DNA of 41,822 nt from a virus (lineage: Duplodnaviria; Caudoviricetes). The notes beneath the pieces were generated by a model. That model did not search any database, had not been told where the DNA came from, and worked only from the letters and a program-made list of their open reading frames with translations. Where the stretch lies: IMG/VR virus record IMGVR_UViG_3300037313_001383, positions 1 through 41,822 of that record. One strand, 5' to 3'. Position numbers and translations under genes: made by a program. Shown here piece by piece: positions 35,983 to 41,822 of the stretch (the stretch's first letter is position 1; every line of letters begins with the position of its first letter).

Positions 35983-36471
35983 ATGAAACCAGCCGAGATC
36001 GAAGCCGTGCTGCAGCGCCGGGGCTGCACCATCGTTGAGGATGGCGGCAAGTTCGCGCTGGTGTATCCGCACGGCTACGAAGGCCGGCCGCGCACCAAGG
36101 ACCTTCTCGCAACGAAGCGCGAGTCGGCTGCGCTTGAGTCGTGGCTCTGGTTGCACCCGGACCTCGTCGATGACCGCGGCATCGACACGGTGAAAAAGAT
36201 CGTGGCGGCGGACTACCGTCTGTCAGTCGAGCAGCTCGTCGCCAAAGACCGGAGCGAACCGCTGGCCACTGCCCGCCGAATCGCGATGGCGCTGTCGCGT
36301 GAGCTGACGGGCGCAACCCTCGAAGTGATCGGCACGGCGTTCGGCGGGCGCGATCACGGCACCGTGATTCACGCGCGCGACTCGCTCGTTGCCCAGTGCG
36401 ACACCGACGCGGCGCTGGCCGCCCGTCTTGGCACGCTGCGCGTCGCGTGCGCCGCCGCTCTCCTCACATGA
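35983..36471 (+). CDS. Protein with DnaA domain IV (Bac_DnaA_C) HTH
   Basis: ARRIAMALSRELTGATLEVIGTAFGGRDHGTVIHA closely matches the DnaA signature (IG-x-x-FGGRDHTTV-x-HA); no AAA+ domain. Confidence 0.88.
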   Translation: MKPAEIEAVLQRRGCTIVEDGGKFALVYPHGYEGRPRTKDLLATKRESAALESWLWLHPDLVDDRGIDTVKKIVAADYRLSVEQLVAKDRSEPLATARRIAMALSRELTGATLEVIGTAFGGRDHGTVIHARDSLVAQCDTDAALAARLGTLRVACAAALLT

Positions 36472-36902
36472 GGGCTATCTCGTTACATCAGCCCTACGCG
36501 TCGGCCGTCGCTCTGGGACTCAAGCGGAACGAGACGCGCCACTGGTCCACGAACTACCGCGGGCCGCTGGCGATCCACGCGGCGGCGCGGAACGATCGGC
36601 AAACGCGCCGCGTGTTCGAGGACATCGTGACGACGTGCCACCGCGCCACCTACGAGCTGCTCGACGCCGCGTGCGAGTGCGATTTCGACCGACTGCCGTT
36701 CGGCGCCTACGTCTGCACCTGCGTCCTGGTCGATTGCGTGCGGGTCGAGGATTTGCGCCGCGTCCGGGCGCTCACCGCGACGGAACGCCTTTTCGGAAAC
36801 TACGCTCCCGGCCGCTTCGTGTGGCTGCTGGATAACATCAAACAACTCCCCGAGCCGATCCCCGCGAAGGGCCGGCAGGGCTTCTGGACATGGGAAAAGT
36901 AA
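36468..36902 (+). CDS. ASCH domain protein
   Basis: AISLHQPYA...GLKRNETRHWSTNYRGPLAIHA...PIPAKGRQGFW. Confidence 0.9.
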   Translation: MRAISLHQPYASAVALGLKRNETRHWSTNYRGPLAIHAAARNDRQTRRVFEDIVTTCHRATYELLDAACECDFDRLPFGAYVCTCVLVDCVRVEDLRRVRALTATERLFGNYAPGRFVWLLDNIKQLPEPIPAKGRQGFWTWEK

Positions 36903-37732
36903 CTCAAATCGGATGGACGCATCACACGTTCAACATCGTGTGGGGCTGCACAATTTGGTCGGAGGAATGCCGCAACTGCTATGCCAAGGAATGGGCTGAA
37001 CGCCTCGGCTTTGACGTGTGGGGCCAGAATGCGTCGCGCCGCGTGTTCGGCGAGGAGCACTGGCGCGAGCCGCTCGCGTGGAACAAGGCCGCGGAGAAAG
37101 CGGGCCAGCGCCGCCGCGTGTTTTGTTCGTCCATGGCCGACGTGTTCGAGGATCACCCCATGGTTCACGAGGAGCGGAAGAAGCTCTGGCCTCTGATCGC
37201 CGCGACGCCGTGGCTCGACTGGCTGCTTCTCACCAAGCGGCCGGAGAACGCCGACTGGATGACGCCGCGCAACGGTTGGGCCACGGCCGAGTGCCCTTGG
37301 TGGACGTGGCCGCGCAACGCGTGGCTGGGTTTCACCGGCGGCACGCAGGAGACCTTCGACGAGCGGTGGCAGACGGTCGAGAACGTCGGCCGCGCCCGCC
37401 ATATCCCGGTCTTATTCTGCTCGATGGAGCCGATGCTTGAGCGCATCAACATCGAGGCCGCGCTCGACCAGTTCTGCGACGACGTTGAACTTCGCACGCT
37501 CGACTGGCTGATCATCGGCGGCGAGAGCGGCAAGAAGGCGCGCCCGTTCGAGCTGAATTGGATCGGCGACATTCTCAAGCAGCTCGATGGCCTCTCCGTC
37601 CCGGTCTACGTGAAGCAGCTCGGGGCGAAGCCGACGTTGCTGGGCCACCCGTTGACGTTCGAGCACCCGAAGGGCGAAGACTCGAGCGAATGGCCGTGCG
37701 CGTATCGGCGGCAGGAGTTTCCCCGGTCATGA
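36890..37732 (+). CDS. DUF5131 (phage gp37/gp68-like, radical SAM-related) protein
   Basis: IGWTHHTFNIVWGCTIWSEECRNCYA, RVFCSSMADVF, WLLLTKRP, SMEPML, DWLIIGGESG, YVKQLG. Confidence 0.9.
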   Translation: MGKVTQIGWTHHTFNIVWGCTIWSEECRNCYAKEWAERLGFDVWGQNASRRVFGEEHWREPLAWNKAAEKAGQRRRVFCSSMADVFEDHPMVHEERKKLWPLIAATPWLDWLLLTKRPENADWMTPRNGWATAECPWWTWPRNAWLGFTGGTQETFDERWQTVENVGRARHIPVLFCSMEPMLERINIEAALDQFCDDVELRTLDWLIIGGESGKKARPFELNWIGDILKQLDGLSVPVYVKQLGAKPTLLGHPLTFEHPKGEDSSEWPCAYRRQEFPRS

Positions 37733-38067
37733 GCGCGCCGAAAGATCATCGGGCGCTGTGGCAGCCCAAATTCCCCGCGGTCGCGAAGCAGTGTGCCTCC
37801 TGCCCGTTCCGTATCGGCAACGACAAAGAGTTCGGCGAAGTGATCCGCCGGCTGCGCGTGAAATTCGGGATGCCGTCAAAGGTTCACGCGGAAGACATCC
37901 GGCACGCCCGGTTTTGTGTCCGCATGGACGCCGAGCACGGCGACTTCGTTTGTCACCACACCGCCTACGACGGCGAAATGAACAACCGGCCGGTCACGGA
38001 CTATCGGCAATGCGCCGGTGCGACGGAGGCCTTTCGGGCGCGCGTGGCAGGCGCCAACAAAAAGTGA
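37729..38067 (+). CDS. Cys/His-rich hypothetical protein (putative Zn-binding)
   Basis: QCASCPFR...FVCHHT...QCAGA. Confidence 0.65.
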   Translation: MSAPKDHRALWQPKFPAVAKQCASCPFRIGNDKEFGEVIRRLRVKFGMPSKVHAEDIRHARFCVRMDAEHGDFVCHHTAYDGEMNNRPVTDYRQCAGATEAFRARVAGANKK

Positions 38068-39332
38068 TCGCGCCGAAAGTCATCAAACTCGCCGATCTGT
38101 TTTGCGGCGCCGGCGGCACGTCGTCGGGCGCCGTCGAGGCAATCGCCGCGCTCGGCTACCGCGCCGAGCTTACCGCGATCAACCACTGGGACGTCGCCAT
38201 CGCGACGCACTCGACGAACCACCCCGACGCACGCCATCTCTGCACGGCAGTCGACGACGTAAACCCGCGCTCGCTTTATCGCGAAGGCGAACTCGACCTG
38301 CTGTGGGCCAGCCCGGAGTGCACGCACCACAGCACGGCGCGCGCGGGCCGCCCGATTAACGAGCAAAGCCGCGCGACGGCGCATTGCGTCACACGCTGGG
38401 CCGAGGCGCTCCGGCCGCCGGCGATCCTCGTCGAGAACGTCCCGGCCTTCTCGACGTGGGGACCGATTGGCACCAACAACCGCCCGCTGAAGAGCAGGAA
38501 GGGCGAAACCTTTCAGGCGTGGCTCCATCTGCTCCGCGCCCTCGGCTACACCGTAGACTATCGCGTGCTGTGCGCCGCCGACTACGGCGACCCGACGACG
38601 CGCGAGCGGCTGTTCGTCCAGGCTGTGCGCGGCCGGCGCCGGATTGTGTGGCCGGATGCGACTCACGCGGCAAACACCGAGGCCGACTTGTTCGGCCCGT
38701 CGGATCGCAAACCGTGGGTTCCGGTCCGTGACGTGATCGACTGGTCGATTCCGATTCACAGCATCAACGGGCGGAAACGTCCCCTTGCTGAAAACACGCT
38801 CCAGCGGATCGAAGAAGGTCTGCGCGAATATGGTGGCGCGGCGATCATCGCGATGGAGCACGGCGGGCGGGCGCTTCCGCTGACGGCGCCCTTGCCGACC
38901 ATCACGTGCGCGAAAGGCGGCGCGTTTGGCATCGCCTACATTTTGCCGCAGCAGAGCGGCGGAAAACTGCGTCCGGTCAGCGAACCGGCGCCCACTATCG
39001 CCACGTCCGGCGCCCTCGCGCTGATTGTCGAATACTACGGCAAGGGCGTCGTCCGGCCGGTGACGGAGCCGCTGCCCACGATCACGACCGTCGACCGGTT
39101 CGGCCTGATCGTCGCGAACGGCGGCGACGTGTTGTTCCGCATGCTGCGGCCGAAGGAGCTGGCGGCGGCAATGAGCTTCCGGCCGACCTTCAAATTCACC
39201 GGCAACTACAAGGCCGTGACGAAGCAGATCGGAAACGCCGTGCCGCGCCGGATGGCGCGCGCGTTGTGCGCCGCGGTTCTTTCGCAGCGTTCAGACGTGC
39301 GCGATCTACTCGAAGACAAGGAGGCCGCGTGA
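38064..39332 (+). CDS. DNA cytosine-5 methyltransferase (orphan)
   Basis: Motif I DLFCGAGG, IV SPECT, VI ENV, VIII PTTRERLF, X QIGNAVP; repeated PLPTIT segments. Confidence 0.93.
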   Translation: MIAPKVIKLADLFCGAGGTSSGAVEAIAALGYRAELTAINHWDVAIATHSTNHPDARHLCTAVDDVNPRSLYREGELDLLWASPECTHHSTARAGRPINEQSRATAHCVTRWAEALRPPAILVENVPAFSTWGPIGTNNRPLKSRKGETFQAWLHLLRALGYTVDYRVLCAADYGDPTTRERLFVQAVRGRRRIVWPDATHAANTEADLFGPSDRKPWVPVRDVIDWSIPIHSINGRKRPLAENTLQRIEEGLREYGGAAIIAMEHGGRALPLTAPLPTITCAKGGAFGIAYILPQQSGGKLRPVSEPAPTIATSGALALIVEYYGKGVVRPVTEPLPTITTVDRFGLIVANGGDVLFRMLRPKELAAAMSFRPTFKFTGNYKAVTKQIGNAVPRRMARALCAAVLSQRSDVRDLLEDKEAA

Positions 39333-39787
39333 ACGCGGCGCAGACCCGGAAATACTGGTGGGAGTGGAGCCGCGCCCGCGAGTTCTACCTCGGCCGCGGT
39401 CTGACGCACGAGGCCGCCGACGCGAAGCGGCACGAGTTGCACCGGAAGGCCCTTGGGCGGGACAAGTCGTCGAAGAGTTTCAGCAACGCCGATCTCGACA
39501 AGGTGATCGCGGCGTTCCGCGCCGTGTGGGACGGCGGCAACCTCGACGCCCAGCTGCGCCAGATCGAGCAGCCCGAACAACGCCTGCGCGAGCTGCACGC
39601 ACGAATTGCCCGGCTCGCTGAGGCGTGCGGCGTCGACGGCGGCGACGAAGGGCTGGCCGCATATCTGAAGAATTTCCTGAAAGGCCGGTCGTTTGCAGGC
39701 CTCGGCGAGCGGGAGCTGCAGCAGGTCGCGGGCATCCTCGAACGTCGCGCGAAGCAGCTCGCGCCGACGGAAGACCGGCCGTTCTGA
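39329..39787 (+). CDS. GemA/gp16 (DUF1018)-like protein
   Basis: LGRDKSSKSFSNADLDKVIAAF...LQQVAGILERR; late position in the early operon. Confidence 0.65.
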   Translation: MNAAQTRKYWWEWSRAREFYLGRGLTHEAADAKRHELHRKALGRDKSSKSFSNADLDKVIAAFRAVWDGGNLDAQLRQIEQPEQRLRELHARIARLAEACGVDGGDEGLAAYLKNFLKGRSFAGLGERELQQVAGILERRAKQLAPTEDRPF

Positions 39788-39789
39788 CG

Positions 39790-40110
39790 ATGGAAACGCT
39801 GGCAAAGCGCGGGGAAATCGAAATCCGGATCGGTAACGTCGATCTGACGACGAAGCTCGACGCGCTCGGCGCGGCGTTGGCGGCGGTGCGTGAGGCCCAC
39901 CGCGAGCAGATTTCACCGAAGGCGTGGGCTGCGTTGCACCGCGCTCAGGAGAACATCGCGGAGGCGATGATGTATTCCGCCGACGGCGGGCGGCGGCAAC
40001 TCAGCCAAGGAACCACCGATGCGCCGGGCCAGAAAGCCGGCTACAACCACCACACAACGCCGGCCGGGGCGCTAATCACCCCGGCCGGCACTGGTGCGGT
40101 CGACATATGA
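39790..40110 (+). CDS. Hypothetical protein
   Basis: Operon continuity; stop overlaps the next ATG. Confidence 0.55.
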   Translation: METLAKRGEIEIRIGNVDLTTKLDALGAALAAVREAHREQISPKAWAALHRAQENIAEAMMYSADGGRRQLSQGTTDAPGQKAGYNHHTTPAGALITPAGTGAVDI

Positions 40111-40448
40111 GCGAAGCCGAACAGATGCCGTTGCCGTTCGGCCGCGCGAAAGGGCGGGCGCCCGAGGTGGCCGACTTGGAGGCGTTTCTGCTCGGGAAAG
40201 GTTGGAAGGAGCGCGCGGAAATCTCCGCGGCAACCGGCTGGGATGAGCGCCGCGTGCGTCAACTGGCCGCCGCAAGCGACCAAGTCATCAGCTACCCCGG
40301 AAGCCCCGGCTACAAGCTCCTCGCCGACTGCACGCGCGAGGAATATGAGCGTTACCGGATGGCCCGGCGCAGTCAGGCGCGCGACATGATCGCAAAGGTC
40401 ATCCGCACGGACCGGATTTTCTATCGGCGCGCGCCGGTGTCGCCGTGA
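40107..40448 (+). CDS. Hypothetical winged-helix-like protein
   Basis: GWKERAEISAATGWDERRVRQLA...ISYPGSPGYKL. Confidence 0.6.
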   Translation: MSEAEQMPLPFGRAKGRAPEVADLEAFLLGKGWKERAEISAATGWDERRVRQLAAASDQVISYPGSPGYKLLADCTREEYERYRMARRSQARDMIAKVIRTDRIFYRRAPVSP

Positions 40449-41062
40449 ACGTCTTCGAGCAATTCCTGAACGACCGCGACGACTCGAGCGGCGGTAAAAA
40501 TGACGACGAGCTGCTCGTCTGGTTGAACCAAGGCAACGCGCCGGAGGTGCGGCTGCTGAAGTTCGACGCGTGGGTTGGCCGCCAGCTCGCTAACCGCCTG
40601 GACTGGACGTGGGCCGGCGCCGCAAAGGCGAAACGGATCGAGCAGTGCCGGGTTTACCTTGAACGCCTCGTGCTCGAAATGTGGCGCCGTGGCTGGATGC
40701 TCGACGGCAAAAGGCTGGCCGCCCACATCGAATCGGTTCTGGACAGCATCGGCGCTTACCAGCGCGCAGGGAAGGTCGTCGAGTTTTGGCCCTATTTCCG
40801 CGCGTGCGTCGACCGCTACGTCGGCGCCAATGCCGAGGAAATCCGGGCCGAGGCCATGCGGGTTGGCTCCCACGCCGGCCAGCTGCTCTCCGCGCTCGGC
40901 GTCAAGAAGGCCGCTGGCGGGCCGTCCTTGCCCGAATTGGTCGCCCAACGCGCCGACGAGGTGACCAAGGCCAAGGACGCCACGCTGCGCGATAAATTGG
41001 CCCGGCAGCGCGAACGGGAAGCCGCGCGCAAGGCCGATGCAACGGCCCCGCGGTTGCTGTGA
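40445..41062 (+). CDS. Hypothetical protein, last early-strand gene
   Basis: 205 aa, GTGA-coupled start; no family recognised. Confidence 0.65.
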   Translation: MNVFEQFLNDRDDSSGGKNDDELLVWLNQGNAPEVRLLKFDAWVGRQLANRLDWTWAGAAKAKRIEQCRVYLERLVLEMWRRGWMLDGKRLAAHIESVLDSIGAYQRAGKVVEFWPYFRACVDRYVGANAEEIRAEAMRVGSHAGQLLSALGVKKAAGGPSLPELVAQRADEVTKAKDATLRDKLARQREREAARKADATAPRLL

Positions 41063-41199
41063 ACGGCCCTTGCACAGGGCCGGAAAGAGGAACGGCGTCG
41101 CGACCGGCGACGGCCGCAGCCAGCGCTGATCACGACGCCGTTGTGCGGCGGAAAGGCTCTAGGAGGGGGCACCCGTCCGCCGCACGGGCGGGTGCAGCC

Positions 41200-41424
41200 T
41201 CACGTAGCGCGTCCGGGCCGCTCCGGACTCGGCACGCCATCGGCGGCCGGATTATGCGGCGGAAGTTTGAAGGACGGGTCGCAGCACTGCTTCAATTCGT
41301 CCTTGGAGATCGGCGGGGGGATGACCAGCACGCCGTCACGGTAGAAGTTCCCTTGGTGGTCAGAACTGAGCACCGGGTAGCGTTTGAGGCCAAGGCGGCG
41401 CTCCATGCGTCGGGTGTAGTTCAT
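41200..41424 (-). CDS. Small hypothetical protein
   Basis: 74 aa; ATG 3 bp after the stop of the upstream minus-strand ORF. Confidence 0.45.
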   Translation of the reverse strand: MNYTRRMERRLGLKRYPVLSSDHQGNFYRDGVLVIPPPISKDELKQCCDPSFKLPPHNPAADGVPSPERPGRAT

Positions 41425-41427
41425 GGG

Positions 41428-41580
41428 TCAGGCGGCGAGGCGACGCGGTTCGATTGCGACACCCTTCCGGGCGCGATGGAAGGCGGCGTTGCGCCGTCTG
41501 GCCAAGCGACGAAGGGTGGTGATGTGAACGATCAGCTCCGGCCCGCTGAGCAGCGGACGTTGTGGGTTCTTCGAGTTCAT
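41428..41580 (-). CDS. Small basic hypothetical protein, possibly leaderless, 50 aa
   Basis: MNSKNPQ...; TATAGT lies 6 nt upstream of the ATG on the minus strand. Confidence 0.4.
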   Translation of the reverse strand: MNSKNPQRPLLSGPELIVHITTLRRLARRRNAAFHRARKGVAIEPRRLAA

Positions 41581-41652
41581 GCCCCGACTATACGCCGGGG
41601 GGTGGGACAGAGCTTGGCCTACGGTTCGACGGCGGCGGATTTTGGGCCGGCG

Positions 41653-41805
41653 GATTATCAAACCTTTGTCATTGCCGGGGTTTGACGCCGATTTCTTCTC
41701 AAATCCGGCCGGGCGCGCGGATTTCTCCTAAGTCGTTGGTTTACCTATAAGCGCCGGATTTTTCCGCATCCTGCCGCTGATTCTCAAACCTCCCGGCAAT
41801 CCTCA
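41653..41805 (-). repeat. Right end: putative transposase-binding sites and terminal CA
   Basis: TTATCAAACCTTTGTCA (41655), CTTCTCAAATCCGGC (41695), TTCTCAAACCTCCCGGCA (41781), plus an opposite-orientation copy at 41671-41685; inverted matches to the left-end motifs. Confidence 0.75.
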
Positions 41806-41822
41806 GCGTTGTTCGCGGCGCG

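Larger units (their letters stand above)
127..41805. mobile_element. Mu-like transposable prophage, B3/BcepMu-type layout, siphovirus tail
   Basis: MuA/MuB/Gam/GemA-like genes plus Mu-type terminase, portal and protease. TG (127) and CA (41805) each sit 17 bp outside an inverted TTTGAGAA/TTCTCAAA motif. Confidence 0.9.

Noticed and set aside
35983-36471. Host dnaA gene or oriC
   Set aside because: Only domain IV is present, embedded in a phage operon; no AAA+ domain, dnaN or DnaA-box cluster.
41059-41685. 208 aa plus-strand ORF at the right end
   Set aside because: Low-complexity translation with no motif that runs into the end repeats; its GTGA overlap with the previous stop means it cannot be fully excluded.

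Overview
An apparently complete, about 41.7 kb Mu-like (transposable) prophage in high-GC DNA, running from TG at 127 to CA at 41805 and starting 15 bp after the CCA of a host tRNA-Glu(TTC). The organisation is B3/BcepMu-like. A central repressor/Ner switch (about 27.5-28.5 kb) drives a rightward early operon (MuA-like transposase, MuB-like ATPase, Gam-like, GNAT, DnaA domain-IV protein, ASCH, DUF5131, C5-methyltransferase, GemA-like). A leftward late operon carries membrane/spanin-like genes, terminase, portal, protease, capsid and a non-contractile tail with a GTA-like tip. The best candidate for an undescribed system is a translationally coupled three-gene cassette inside the head genes (small protein + ABC-ATPase/GNAT fusion + formyltransferase-fold enzyme), plausibly a DNA hypermodification system standing in for mom. 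Also notable are a tail-fibre/SGNH esterase protein with a Sec-type signal peptide, a lysis region with no recognisable endolysin, and a TonB_C-like lipoprotein behind the repressor. All family calls come from motifs recognised by eye plus gene order; no searches were run.
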